Assembly: GCA_035289085.1 (NCBI GenBank)
Contig: DATDYG010000019.1
Location: forward strand, 1 to 35,335
DNA length: 35,335 nucleotides
Source: Candidatus Bilamarchaeaceae archaeon
GTDB taxonomy: Archaea; Micrarchaeota; Micrarchaeia; Anstonellales; Bilamarchaeaceae
Reading direction: 5' to 3'
Part shown: piece by piece, positions 1 through 9,117 of the stretch
Layout: every line of letters starts with the position of its first letter
Numbering within the stretch: the first letter of the stretch is position 1
Translations under genes and position numbers: made by a program
Notes under the pieces: model-generated
Database searches by the model: none
Seen by the model: only the letters and a program-made list of their open reading frames with translations
Told to the model about the DNA's origin: nothing

Positions 1-4
1 GTCC

Positions 5-628
5 ATGCCCGGTCTTGGAAAAGCGTTTAAAGGGGGAGTTGCCACCGCTGTCCAAAACCTCAAGGAGGTCGCAGGCTATGCTACGCATGCAGCCGCTTCG
101 CATTGGCTGAACAACATCGTAGGATTCTATCTGGCAACCAAAATCGTCGGCAGGTTTAGGCATTTCTCCCGGCTCCGTTCCGGCATCCGTAATAAAATTG
201 CTGAGACGGATGCAGAAATAGCCGAATTGGATGAAGAAATTCAAAAGCAGGGCTCCCCTGTGCATTCCGCTGAAGCCAGTAAAAGAAAAGCGGTCTCCCT
301 TCAGGCGCGTGGCCAATTGGAAAGCACATTGGAGATAAGTCTGCTTGACCGGGTTAAGTTTTTCCTTCCATTTGCAATTAAGAAGGCCGTATATGCACGC
401 GCGCTTTTGGATATCCCCCAGCTCGTCAACGCTGCCCTTGGAAAATCCCCTCTGGGCGAAAATATTTACGCTACTCCCATGGTGGAAATCAACAGGAGCG
501 CCGTCTTTATGCTGTGGCAGGAACTGCCGGGTATGGTAATGGCTGCCATGGTGGGATTGGCGGTCTATCTCAATGGCATACGCCTACGTCATAAAGAGAA
601 GCAGCAACAGCTGGCCCAGCAGCGGTAA
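5..628 (+). CDS. hypothetical protein with C-terminal hydrophobic segment; possibly 5'-truncated by the window edge
   Basis: 207-aa ORF with no in-frame stop before position 5. It has a coiled-coil-like ETDAEIAELDEEIQKQ stretch and a hydrophobic stretch LPGMVMAAMVGLAVYL near the C-terminus. No family was recognised. Confidence 0.5.
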   Translation: MPGLGKAFKGGVATAVQNLKEVAGYATHAAASHWLNNIVGFYLATKIVGRFRHFSRLRSGIRNKIAETDAEIAELDEEIQKQGSPVHSAEASKRKAVSLQARGQLESTLEISLLDRVKFFLPFAIKKAVYARALLDIPQLVNAALGKSPLGENIYATPMVEINRSAVFMLWQELPGMVMAAMVGLAVYLNGIRLRHKEKQQQLAQQR

Positions 629-640
629 CCTCCCAAACTC

Positions 641-650
641 TTTTAAAATA
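641..650 (+). promoter_or_regulatory. TATA box for the LemA gene (leaderless arrangement)
   Basis: TTTTAAAATA is centred about 25 nt upstream of the ATG at 671. No Shine-Dalgarno site lies between them. Confidence 0.55.
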
Positions 651-670
651 ATTCTTTTTAACTCCTTACT

Positions 671-1219
671 ATGCCATTCATATGGATATTGCTTGGAATA
701 GTTGTTATCCTGTTTCTATGGCTGGTCCTTACATATAACCGTCTTATCTCCCTGCGCAACCGCATTCAAAATGCATGGGCGCAGATAGACGTGCAGTTGA
801 AGCGAAGATACGATCTTATCCCTAATCTGATTGAATCTGTGAAAGGATATATGAAACATGAGAGGGAAACACTCAACGAAGTAACAAAGCTGCGCACACA
901 GCTTATTACAGGAACGCCTGAGCAAAGGATGAAAGCGGATAACATGTTCAGCCAGGCATTGAAAAGCATTTTTGCAGTCGCAGAAAACTATCCCAAATTA
1001 GAAGCAAGCCAGAATTTCAAACTGCTGCAGGAAGAATTGGCCGGCACGGAAAATAAGATTGCCTATATACGGACAGCGTATAATGATAGCGTATTGGAAT
1101 ATACCAATGCAGTCCAGTCATTTCCGACGAATATCATTGCAGGCATATTCGGCTTTGGTGCAAAACCGTATTTAGAGACACCGGCAGCTGAAAGAGAAGC
1201 GGTTAAGGTAAAATTCTGA
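671..1219 (+). CDS. lemA: LemA family membrane protein
   Basis: N-terminal TM helix (IWILLGIVVILFLWLVL) is followed by YNRLISLRNRIQNAWAQIDVQLKRRYDLIPNL and later ENYPKLEASQNF and AGTENKIAYIRTAYNDSV, a typical LemA layout. It sits next to htpX, a common pairing. Confidence 0.85.
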   Translation: MPFIWILLGIVVILFLWLVLTYNRLISLRNRIQNAWAQIDVQLKRRYDLIPNLIESVKGYMKHERETLNEVTKLRTQLITGTPEQRMKADNMFSQALKSIFAVAENYPKLEASQNFKLLQEELAGTENKIAYIRTAYNDSVLEYTNAVQSFPTNIIAGIFGFGAKPYLETPAAEREAVKVKF

Positions 1220-1457
1220 TTATCTGATATGCGTTTGCGAAATGCGACAAGTGATATCTGATATCTAAATGAAACTAATGCTTTTTAGTTTTCTTCGTAA
1301 TATTCCCATACAAAACTTCATCTATTTCTAGGCTGCTTTTCTTACTACCTGGCCCGAAATCTACAGGCTTGAAATCAAAGGCACTCTTCTTTTTCTTGAT
1401 ATCCATAATATTTTTCTAAGCCGAAACTAATTTAATTAGCTAATATATCATACCTAC

Positions 1458-2345
1458 ATGGCATATCAAAAAATCAGCTTTTTCGATGCAATTGGAGCAA
1501 ATAAACGAAATTCGATTTTACTGCTTCTGGCGATATTCTTTTTTTTCCTTATCGTTATAGCCGCATTTTCCTATGCATTTGATCTGGGTGGCATAGGTAT
1601 TTTTGTTGGATTTTTTGCTTTATTGTTTTATGCCTTGGTCAGCTATTTTGCAGGCGATAAGGCGATATTGAGCATGAGCAATGCGCAACCGCTCGATGAG
1701 AAAAAATTTCCATTTGTATATAATGTAGTAGAGGGTTTAAGCATCGCGGCGGGCATACCCATGCCCAAGCTTTATATCATCGAAGATCCGTCTCCCAATG
1801 CCTTTGCAATCGGGCGCGATCCAAAGCATGCGAGCATTGCTGTTACGCGCGGCCTGCTGGAAAATATGAAACGCGAAGAACTGGAAGGGGTGCTTGCGCA
1901 TGAGATTTCGCACATTGCAAATTATGATGTAAGGTATATACTCATCGCAATCGTTTTCGCAGGTGCCATAGCATTAATCGCAGATTTTACCTGGCGAAGC
2001 ATGAGGTTTAGGGGAGGCAGCGATCGCAGAAGCGGAAATGCACTATTTCTCCTAATCGCGGTTTTGCTCATTGTTTTGGCGCCCATATTTGCAGAGCTTA
2101 TCCGTTTAGCACTATCCCGCCAGCGCGAGTATCTTGCTGATGCCAATGGTGCAAAACTAACCCGTTATCCGGCAGGTTTGGCAAATGCTTTGGAAAAAAT
2201 CGCAAAATTCAACCAGCCCGTTGCTGTCGCAACTGATGCAACTGCACCATTATACTTCGCCAATCCGCTGCCAAATAAATTCGCGCATTTCTTCTCCACC
2301 CATCCGCCGGCCGAAGAGCGGGTCAAACGCCTGCGCAGCATGTAA
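1458..2345 (+). CDS. htpX: HtpX-like M48 zinc metalloprotease
   Basis: HEISH (HExxH) zinc motif in VLAHEISHIANYD. Four hydrophobic segments are arranged as in HtpX. C-terminal REYLADANGAKLT and FSTHPPAEERVKRL match the family. Confidence 0.9.
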   Translation: MAYQKISFFDAIGANKRNSILLLLAIFFFFLIVIAAFSYAFDLGGIGIFVGFFALLFYALVSYFAGDKAILSMSNAQPLDEKKFPFVYNVVEGLSIAAGIPMPKLYIIEDPSPNAFAIGRDPKHASIAVTRGLLENMKREELEGVLAHEISHIANYDVRYILIAIVFAGAIALIADFTWRSMRFRGGSDRRSGNALFLLIAVLLIVLAPIFAELIRLALSRQREYLADANGAKLTRYPAGLANALEKIAKFNQPVAVATDATAPLYFANPLPNKFAHFFSTHPPAEERVKRLRSM

Positions 2346-2412
2346 TCCAAATATAAATCTTTTTATTCATGTTTAATCAGCTATTTGTACTTACCGAGAG
2401 GTGAAATGAAAC

Positions 2413-3126
2413 ATGTATGGAGTATCCCCGCAGGCCTATGATCGCGCGATTACGGTATTCTCGCCGGATGGGCGTTTGTTTCAGGTCGAATACGCCAAGG
2501 AAGCGGTAAAACGCGGCGCAACCGCCATCGGCATCGTTGCCAAGGACGGCGTTTGCCTCGTCGCATTCAAGAGCATCCATTCCAAGCTGGTGATGCCGGA
2601 ATCGCTGAAAAAAGTTTTCGAGATTGACAACCATATCGCGGTTACCGCGAGCGGCCTGATCGCCGATGCACGGCGACTGGTGGATATTGCCCGCCTGGAT
2701 GCCCAGCGTCATCGTATTACCTACAACGAAGCCGTAAGCGTGGAAACCATTGCCCGCAGTGTATGTGATCTTATGCAGATCTACACCCAATACGGTGGCA
2801 TCCGGCCGTTCGGCGTATCGCTGCTTATTGCCGGTGTAGACAATGGCACGCCCCAGTTATACGAGGCCGAGCCGAGCGGGGCCATGACCTCCTATCGCGC
2901 GGATTCCATCGGTGCCGGCAAAAAGGAAGTGGACGACATTCTCGATAAATACTACAAGGAAAGCATGACGCTGGAGGATGCGATATCGCTCGGCGTCACC
3001 GCATTGAAAAAGACCCAGGAGCAGAAACTCCAGCCGGAGAATGTGGAAATCTCCTACATCTCCAAAGAAACCAAAAAATTCACTTCCCTGGAAGACAAGG
3101 AAGTGGCTAAGTACCTCAAGAACTAG
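2413..3126 (+). CDS. psmA: 20S proteasome alpha subunit
   Basis: The N-terminal signature YDRAITVFSPDGRLFQVEYAKEAVKRGATAIGI is diagnostic for alpha-type proteasome subunits. SD GAGGTGA (2398-2404) lies 8 nt before the ATG. Confidence 0.95.
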   Translation: MYGVSPQAYDRAITVFSPDGRLFQVEYAKEAVKRGATAIGIVAKDGVCLVAFKSIHSKLVMPESLKKVFEIDNHIAVTASGLIADARRLVDIARLDAQRHRITYNEAVSVETIARSVCDLMQIYTQYGGIRPFGVSLLIAGVDNGTPQLYEAEPSGAMTSYRADSIGAGKKEVDDILDKYYKESMTLEDAISLGVTALKKTQEQKLQPENVEISYISKETKKFTSLEDKEVAKYLKN

Positions 3127-3629
3127 TTTCGTTGCACGGCCACGCGCACCGTCCTCCCGTCTTCCTCTGCTGTAAAGCGCACTACTTCTGCATCTGCTGA
3201 ACTGGGGATAGGTTTTCCTGTTAAAACCTCGTCTGCCCGGCAGAATTTTCCACGCGTGCGCAACAGCTGTTCGTGGGTAACCACTTCCCCGGAGACAAAC
3301 TCATACCATGTGATGCCTGTAGGCGTTACAATTACCACGCTTCTTCCGTTTTCCAGTATCTTTGCTCCTTCGCTTATCTTCTCAAAATTCTCTGTTCGGC
3401 TTACTACGCTTTTCCCCAGGTATATCCGCCAGATGTGCTTATCCGTAACTATCATGAAATAATCCTTGAACTCCTGCTGCGCCAGAACGCGTTCCCCTTC
3501 AAACACCATTCCCCTATTACCGGCTATCTTCTCGCACAAAGGAACAGGAGGTTTGGAGGGCTTCCACGGAATCCGGGATGGAGCAGCGCAACTTGCCGCC
3601 AAAACGACTGCCCATCCGATTCGTCGCAT
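3123..3629 (-). CDS. secreted hypothetical protein (tandem paralog 1)
   Basis: Signal-peptide-like N-terminus MRRIGWAVVLAASCAAP. It shares FEGERVLAQQEFK..VTDKHIW and ILENGRSVVIVTP..WYEF blocks with the neighbouring 170-aa ORF. Its stop overlaps the psmA stop within CTAG (3123-3126). Confidence 0.6.
   Translation of the reverse strand: MRRIGWAVVLAASCAAPSRIPWKPSKPPVPLCEKIAGNRGMVFEGERVLAQQEFKDYFMIVTDKHIWRIYLGKSVVSRTENFEKISEGAKILENGRSVVIVTPTGITWYEFVSGEVVTHEQLLRTRGKFCRADEVLTGKPIPSSADAEVVRFTAEEDGRTVRVAVQRN
3334..3359. repeat. 26-nt block identical to 3874-3899 (inside the tandem paralogs)
   Basis: ACCACGCTTCTTCCGTTTTCCAGTAT occurs at 3334-3359 and again at 3874-3899. It encodes the shared ILENGRSVV peptide on the minus strand. 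Confidence 0.9.
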
Positions 3630-3665
3630 GCTTCATCTCCCATTCGTCTTTTCTTACCTTAAAAG

Positions 3666-4178
3666 CTAATAGTCCACTTCCACGCCTATCTGTATTTTTC
3701 TTCCGTCTTCATCCGATGTAAACGTCATTACCTTCACATCGGGCGGAAGCTTCTCCCCGGGTTTAACCTGTCTCGCCTTGACCGGCCGTATCGGATGGGC
3801 AAACAGCTTCCGGTGGGCGATCCCCCCGTTTTCCGTAAATTCGTACCATGCCATGATATTGGGACCTACGATAACCACGCTTCTTCCGTTTTCCAGTATT
3901 CCGGCAACCCGGCTATCCCTCTCCTGGTTCTCCACGCTCTGCCTAGTACTCCCTGAATACACCCACCAGATCTTCTTGTCCGTTACGACTATCAGGGAAT
4001 TCTTGAATTCCCGGTGCGCCAGGACGCGTTCTCCTGGAAATGTCACCGTCCCGCATTTCCACCGGACTGCAGTCGTTATCCTTTCCGATAACGGCTGCGG
4101 GGCATATTCCATTCTTGGCATCGCACGGGCCGTGGATGCAGCACCTGCCGCCAACAAAACCGCTGCAGCCAACCGCAT
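3666..4178 (-). CDS. secreted hypothetical protein (tandem paralog 2)
   Basis: Signal-peptide-like MRLAAAVLLAAGAASTARA. Blocks FPGERVLAHREFK..VTDKKIW and ILENGRSVVIVGP..WYEF are paralogous to 3123-3629. Confidence 0.6.
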   Translation of the reverse strand: MRLAAAVLLAAGAASTARAMPRMEYAPQPLSERITTAVRWKCGTVTFPGERVLAHREFKNSLIVVTDKKIWWVYSGSTRQSVENQERDSRVAGILENGRSVVIVGPNIMAWYEFTENGGIAHRKLFAHPIRPVKARQVKPGEKLPPDVKVMTFTSDEDGRKIQIGVEVDY

Positions 4179-4184
4179 ATTCTC

Positions 4185-4553
4185 CTACCTCTGCGCCACC
4201 TTCTGCCCCACAAAACGATAGCCGATGGCGCCTCCGGTCGCCCCCTCTTCCTGTTTCAAATCCAGCGCCACCATTATTTTTTTGGATGTATCAAGCGCGG
4301 TTCCATCTGTGTTCCGTATCTCGACCCTGCCGGCTTTCCACGCGCTTTGGAGCATGGTAAGGTTATCCAGGCCCGTTTCCCTCAGGAATGCCTTCAGCGG
4401 GTCTCCCCTGCCGCGGGTGGACGTATAACTGGAAAACGGCTTGGGCGATTGCACAATTATCTGGTATGTTCCATCCCCGATCGTCCGTTCCAACGTTATC
4501 GTATACATCTGCCTTGTTTTTTCGGCTGTTGCCGGGCCTCCTCCTTTCACCAT
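4185..4553 (-). CDS. hypothetical protein (122 aa), first gene of an apparent three-gene minus-strand operon
   Basis: ORF ends 6 nt before the 170-aa paralog. SD-like GGTGAT lies 5 nt upstream of the ATG, and a TTTATAAAA TATA-like element lies further upstream at about 4583-4592. No family was recognised. Confidence 0.5.
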   Translation of the reverse strand: MVKGGGPATAEKTRQMYTITLERTIGDGTYQIIVQSPKPFSSYTSTRGRGDPLKAFLRETGLDNLTMLQSAWKAGRVEIRNTDGTALDTSKKIMVALDLKQEEGATGGAIGYRFVGQKVAQR

Positions 4554-4603
4554 TTCATCACCTTTTTTTCTATTATTGCCAACCTTTTATAAATGTTTAT
4601 TTT

Positions 4604-5293
4604 TCAGGTTTTCTGTGTTTTTACTACCGTCCCGCTGTGCCGTTTTCCATCCAGGGCAGCCATTATATCCCCTACTTTCTTCCCGTTCACGAAGTGCGTT
4701 TCCAGCTTGCTCCGTGCGATGAGTTTACAGGCTAAAATGTCAAACACAAAATTCTCCCCTGCCCGCCGTTGATCGTATTCACAGGCCGCATGGATGAGCT
4801 GGTGGTAGTCCATCCTATCGAATTTCTTTGCCTCTGGATTTTTTTTCGGATCGCTGTCGTACACCCCTTCCACATTGCTGATGTTCACCAGCCGTTTCGC
4901 GCCCAGTGCTTCTGCCAGCAGCGCCGCATCCGCATCCGTCGTAATCCCTGGGATCGTTCCGCCCATGACTACTATCCTGTGCTTTTTGGCCTGCATCCGG
5001 GCTTCGTTAAAATCAGTACAAACCTTTCCATAGGCCATCTTTCCCAATGCGTTTATCACAGCCTTGGCGTTCTCCTTCGTAGCCTGGATGGCCGCTTCAT
5101 CCGCCTCAAACTCGTTCCCCCCCTTTGCACGCACCTTGTCCGCATATTTTCTTGCCGCGTTGCCTCCGCCCACGACAATGCCAAAATGATAATCACTTTT
5201 TTCCAGCAGCTTCCGCAGATTCTCCAAGAAGGATCTATCTATTCCGTTCTCGGTGCTTACCTGGCTTCCGCCCACGGAAAGAACGACATGCAT
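4604..5293 (-). CDS. pyrH: UMP (uridylate) kinase, archaeal type
   Basis: Amino-acid kinase fold motifs are VLSVGGS, GIVVGGGNAARKY, VVMGGTIPGITTDADAALLAEALGA and NVEGVYDSDPKKNP. Length and layout match archaeal PyrH. Confidence 0.85.
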   Translation of the reverse strand: MHVVLSVGGSQVSTENGIDRSFLENLRKLLEKSDYHFGIVVGGGNAARKYADKVRAKGGNEFEADEAAIQATKENAKAVINALGKMAYGKVCTDFNEARMQAKKHRIVVMGGTIPGITTDADAALLAEALGAKRLVNISNVEGVYDSDPKKNPEAKKFDRMDYHQLIHAACEYDQRRAGENFVFDILACKLIARSKLETHFVNGKKVGDIMAALDGKRHSGTVVKTQKT

Positions 5294-5304
5294 GGCTAAC
5301 TACG

Positions 5305-5324
5305 TATTTAAAAACATTTAAAAC
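5305..5324. promoter_or_regulatory. back-to-back TATA boxes serving divergent leaderless genes (pyrH and the translin-like gene)
   Basis: TATTTAAAAA (5305-5314) is centred about 26 nt upstream of the ATG at 5336. CATTTAAAAC (5315-5324, reverse complement GTTTTAAATG) is centred about 27 nt upstream of the minus-strand start at 5293. Confidence 0.6.
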
Positions 5325-5335
5325 CAATCCTATTC

Positions 5336-5881
5336 ATGGATCTCGGAATGGAGAAAATAGAAAAGCAGCTGCGCAAAAAGGAGGAGCAGTTTGACAAGGT
5401 GATGGTGGAAAACCGCCTCATCGTGCGTTCCTGCTCCAATGCGATCAAAGCGGTGCATGCCCACGATTTAGTCCAGGCCAAAAAGCATCTCCAGGAAGCG
5501 GAGAAAGGCCTTGCCAAGCTCCGGAAAGAGGCAGGGGCGTTCCCTTCCCAGCTCCACCATATCCTCCAGGAATACGTGGAAGCGACGGTCGTTATCTCCG
5601 CCGTAGAGAAGAAGCGCATTCCGCCCTACGGCGATTTCGACATTGATCCCGTTCCCTATCTCAACGGCCTGCTGGATGCGACGGGCGAGCTGAAACGGGA
5701 AATGTATGAATCACTGCGTCATGGCAAAAAGAAAGATGCCGAGGGCTATTTCCAGATGATGGAAGGCATATACGATGCGTTGCTTCCGCTGCGTTTTTCC
5801 AACTCCGTCCTGCCTGAATTCCGAAGAAAACAGGACGTGGCCCGGATCCAGATTGAGCAGGCGAGAGGAGAATTATTGTGA
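5336..5881 (+). CDS. translin family protein
   Basis: All-helical 181-aa protein carrying YLNGLLDATGELKRE, which matches the Y..G..D..GEL.R signature of translin/TRAX family proteins. Confidence 0.7.
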   Translation: MDLGMEKIEKQLRKKEEQFDKVMVENRLIVRSCSNAIKAVHAHDLVQAKKHLQEAEKGLAKLRKEAGAFPSQLHHILQEYVEATVVISAVEKKRIPPYGDFDIDPVPYLNGLLDATGELKREMYESLRHGKKKDAEGYFQMMEGIYDALLPLRFSNSVLPEFRRKQDVARIQIEQARGELL

Positions 5882-6495
5882 AGATTGTCGATCTGACAGT
5901 TCCACTCGATTCCAACACCCTAGTGTTTCCTGGCAATCCGAAAATTTTGATCTCTTCTGCCGCCACTATCGAAAAGGACGGCTGCAATGTTCTTTCCTTA
6001 TCCTTGTCCTCGCACGTGGGTACGCATATCGATGCTCCTTTTCATTTTATTAAAAATGGAAAGAAATTGAGCGACTTTGAACCCGGACATTTTGTGGGAC
6101 AAGCCGTGGTTATCGATTGCAGAGGTCAAAAGGAAATTTCACTGGATAGGCAAGCGCTTTCCATCATACAACCCGACGACATAGTATTTCTTTTTACCGG
6201 CCACACCGATGCATGGAACACAGAACGCTATTATTCGGATTATCCTACGCTCTCCAAGCCAACGGCGAAAGCACTCGTTGCAAAACAGGTAAAATTTATA
6301 GGAGTGGATTCTCCGTCCCCGGACAAGAAGCCCTTTCCACTTCACTATATATTTCTGGAAAAAGACATTCTCATAATAGAAAATCTTACCCATCTTCATG
6401 GGTTGGTCGGCAAGCGGTTCCAATGCATTGTGGCACCCCTGAAAATAGAAAACGCCGATGGTGCTCCCTGCCGAGTACTGGGGATCGTGGATTAG
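5878..6495 (+). CDS. cyclase family protein (kynurenine formamidase-like)
   Basis: SSHVGTHIDAPFHF matches the HxGTHxDxPxH metal-binding signature of the putative cyclase/arylformamidase family. The GTG start overlaps the upstream stop within GTGA. Confidence 0.8.
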   Translation: MKIVDLTVPLDSNTLVFPGNPKILISSAATIEKDGCNVLSLSLSSHVGTHIDAPFHFIKNGKKLSDFEPGHFVGQAVVIDCRGQKEISLDRQALSIIQPDDIVFLFTGHTDAWNTERYYSDYPTLSKPTAKALVAKQVKFIGVDSPSPDKKPFPLHYIFLEKDILIIENLTHLHGLVGKRFQCIVAPLKIENADGAPCRVLGIVD

Positions 6496-6530
6496 TTGGT
6501 AAGATCTAAATCCAGCAAGTTAGGGGCGAA

Positions 6531-7082
6531 TTATTGTGACACTGCGACCTTGTCGCCCATGCTGTCGCTGTCCATAAGCCACCACCTAACATCGCCAGTT
6601 TGTGCTACCGATCGCATTCCTACAACTACTCTCTCGCTTATCCATACCCCGTTCATTGTTTGGACGATAATAGCCCCGTCTATATACTCAGGATCCCCTA
6701 TTCTTCCCTGTACTACCTCCGGCGGCAGTTCAACATCCACCGGTTTCCGCACACCTCCATCTTTCCCCAACTCATTTGCAAATGCAACAGAGTCGGCCTC
6801 GTCCGCAAATATCAGTGTGTTTGTTTCCGGGTGCCAGAGGATCGTGGGTTTCCCATCGCCGCAGGATAAAATCTTTGTCTGGGGCAGCACCCATACATCC
6901 AATTCATAACTATCCTTCTTTTCCCCGTCTATCACGGCGTCTATCAGAATCTCCCTGTAGCCCCATCTGCAGTGCAGGCCGTCCGGCCGGGGATCCCGCA
7001 CAATGGCAGGCACCGGCTTTTCGGCGCGGTGGCATGTCGCCATAGCGGCTGCCAGTACCAGCATTCCTAAGCGTCTTCCCAT
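6531..7082 (-). CDS. secreted or lipoprotein-like hypothetical protein
   Basis: N-terminus MGRRLGMLVLAAAMATCHRAE resembles a signal peptide with a Cys. The true start may be the second Met (7064), which sits about 26-34 nt downstream of a TTATAAAAG element. No family was recognised. Confidence 0.55.
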   Translation of the reverse strand: MGRRLGMLVLAAAMATCHRAEKPVPAIVRDPRPDGLHCRWGYREILIDAVIDGEKKDSYELDVWVLPQTKILSCGDGKPTILWHPETNTLIFADEADSVAFANELGKDGGVRKPVDVELPPEVVQGRIGDPEYIDGAIIVQTMNGVWISERVVVGMRSVAQTGDVRWWLMDSDSMGDKVAVSQ

Positions 7083-7144
7083 AGAATCATCTTTTATAAC
7101 CTAATCACAAACAGCATTAAAACCTTTTCCTTCCCCTTTCTTCT

Positions 7145-7423
7145 ATGGAGCGCCTGCACCTCAAGGTATACGGCATCGTACAGGGCGTATTCTTCCGGGC
7201 CAACACCCAACAGATCGCCGCCGGCCTCGGCCTCACCGGCTGGGTGCGGAACTGCCCGGACGGGAGCGTGGAAACAGTTGCGGAAGGAAACAAGGAAAAA
7301 CTAAACGCGTTCCTGCAATGGTGCAGGAAAGGGCCGGAGGGGGCGCAGATAGACAAAGTGGAAAGCACATGGGAAAAAGCAAAAAACGAGTTTCAAACTT
7401 TTCGCATTAAATACTGGGAATGA
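7145..7423 (+). CDS. acyP: acylphosphatase
   Basis: 92 aa. VYGIVQGVFFRANTQQIAAGLGLTGWVRNCPDGSVE matches the acylphosphatase signatures (V.G.VQGV.FR and GWV.N..DG.V). Confidence 0.9.
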   Translation: MERLHLKVYGIVQGVFFRANTQQIAAGLGLTGWVRNCPDGSVETVAEGNKEKLNAFLQWCRKGPEGAQIDKVESTWEKAKNEFQTFRIKYWE

Positions 7424-8082
7424 ATATGTATGAATTAGAGAAGCGAAATGCCGCACGTGGTGCATTGGAATTTGTAAAAAATGGCATGACCGTAGGGTTG
7501 GGCACGGGAAGTACTGCCGCAGAATTTATCCGTTTGCTGACCGATAAGATCAAGTCTGGCTTATCCGTCCAGTGCGTCGCTACTTCCGTAGGTTCGCAAA
7601 AGCTGGCCGAAAGCATGAGTATCGAAGTTGTTTCCTTGAACAAAGTTAAGCAAATCAATATTGCCATTGATGGAGCGGATATCGCAACGAAAACTGCATT
7701 GCTCAAGGGCGGAGGAGGCGCACTCACCAGAGAAAAAGTAATTGATTACGAAGCCAAACAATTCATCGTAATTGCCGATGAATCCAAAATCAAAACAAGG
7801 CTCGAGGGCATAGTCGTTGTCGAGGTTTTGCCTTTTGCTTATCCGCTGGTATTGAAAAAACTTCAGAGTTACAGCCCTTCTGCTGCCATTCGCATGGAAA
7901 AACACGAGCCCGTGATCACGGACAATGGCAATTATCTCATCGATTGCCCGATGCTTGTAAAAACTCCCAAAAAAACCGAAGAGGAAATCAACCAGATGCC
8001 CGGCGTAGTGGAAAACGGCATTTTTACCAAATTCCACAGGATTATAATCGGCAAGAAAGATGGATATGAATTTTGGGTTTGA
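7420..8082 (+). CDS. rpiA: ribose-5-phosphate isomerase A
   Basis: GLGTGSTA, AIDGADIA and LKGGGGALTREK motifs are present. The ATGA start/stop overlap with acyP suggests translational coupling. Confidence 0.9.
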   Translation: MNMYELEKRNAARGALEFVKNGMTVGLGTGSTAAEFIRLLTDKIKSGLSVQCVATSVGSQKLAESMSIEVVSLNKVKQINIAIDGADIATKTALLKGGGGALTREKVIDYEAKQFIVIADESKIKTRLEGIVVVEVLPFAYPLVLKKLQSYSPSAAIRMEKHEPVITDNGNYLIDCPMLVKTPKKTEEEINQMPGVVENGIFTKFHRIIIGKKDGYEFWV

Positions 8083-8083
8083 G

Positions 8084-9031
8084 CTATATAAAAAATAGGT
8101 AGAGCAATGCCTTCGGAGCTATAATCTTTAAAGCATGTAATTGATCAGTTTTGAGTATTTGCTTTGCCAGTAAAGTTTTCTCAGCTTCTTCAAGTTTTTT
8201 GGTATCAGTTGCATCAGATAAAACACGCGTTTCAACATCGTAGAAATTGTTATCCATGTAAACCAAAAGCAATAATACTCTAGCCGCCATAGTCACTAAA
8301 TCTTGGCGTGAGATTCTGCCCTTTACTAGAGTATCCTGAAAGCTTCCGAGTGAATTTGGGGTTATGAAAAATGATGGAGAAGGCATAACTTCGATGCATT
8401 TTAGCAGTGTCTTCTGAACGTCTTCGATGCATTGAACCTCTTTATGGTTTGTGTTTCTCAATCTGTTTTGGTCATAGATAATCTTGTGCCAGTTCTCTTT
8501 CATACCGTCCAGACTCGGCTTGTTATCAAGAAGACAGTTAATATCAAAAATGTCCTTAATAATCTGGGACTGCTCTTCCCCCAGCCGTCCTATTGTTCCA
8601 AAGGCAAGTGACGATAATTTCGATGCAATGAAATAACTTTGCGTGGGCAGCAGGGTTTCAAAGTCTCCAAAGCGTCTTTTTTCTGTTTCTGGAATTATCA
8701 GGTGTGTTATGTCAAGCTTTACCATTACGTCTTTCTTTGTAACTGTGTAAAATACAAAAATTGGATTGCGGCCTTTTCTTTTTACAACACTGTAGCCAGC
8801 ACTCTGGAGTTCATGGATAAGTTTGTCTGTTTCACCAAAATAAGAAATATCAAGGTCAATACTCAGTCTTTTCTGCTCTGGTAAAATGGCTTGAATGGCA
8901 CTGCCGCCAAGGAAAACGATTTGCTTGTCTAATTTTGCCAATATGGCTAATACTTCAAAAACTTCGTTGCTTCTTTTTTCAAAATCCTTGTTCACACACT
9001 CACACTCCCAGGGTTCGCGATACTTTAGCAT
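8084..9031 (-). CDS. AbiEii/AbiGii-family nucleotidyltransferase (type IV TA toxin-like)
   Basis: VFLGGSAIQAIL....KRLSIDLDISY fits the GG[ST]AL...R.S.D[IL]D nucleotidyltransferase core of AbiEii-family proteins. The gene lies in an AT-rich island. Confidence 0.7.
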   Translation of the reverse strand: MLKYREPWECECVNKDFEKRSNEVFEVLAILAKLDKQIVFLGGSAIQAILPEQKRLSIDLDISYFGETDKLIHELQSAGYSVVKRKGRNPIFVFYTVTKKDVMVKLDITHLIIPETEKRRFGDFETLLPTQSYFIASKLSSLAFGTIGRLGEEQSQIIKDIFDINCLLDNKPSLDGMKENWHKIIYDQNRLRNTNHKEVQCIEDVQKTLLKCIEVMPSPSFFITPNSLGSFQDTLVKGRISRQDLVTMAARVLLLLVYMDNNFYDVETRVLSDATDTKKLEEAEKTLLAKQILKTDQLHALKIIAPKALLYLFFI

Positions 9032-9117
9032 TGCTGAGGAGAGACGAACCCTATGCCTTTATTTTTCTTATGTACCACATATGAATCGCCTAAAGCATAT
9101 AAGCATTAGCGAGGGCT

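Noticed and set aside
1275-1406. 43-aa minus-strand ORF (MDIKKKKSAFDFKPVDFGPGSKKSSLEIDEVLYGNITKKTKKH) and TATCTGATAT direct repeats in the lemA-htpX spacer
   Set aside because: I found no convincing TATA or SD, and no motif links it to anything else in the window. It could be real, but the sequence alone does not support a call.
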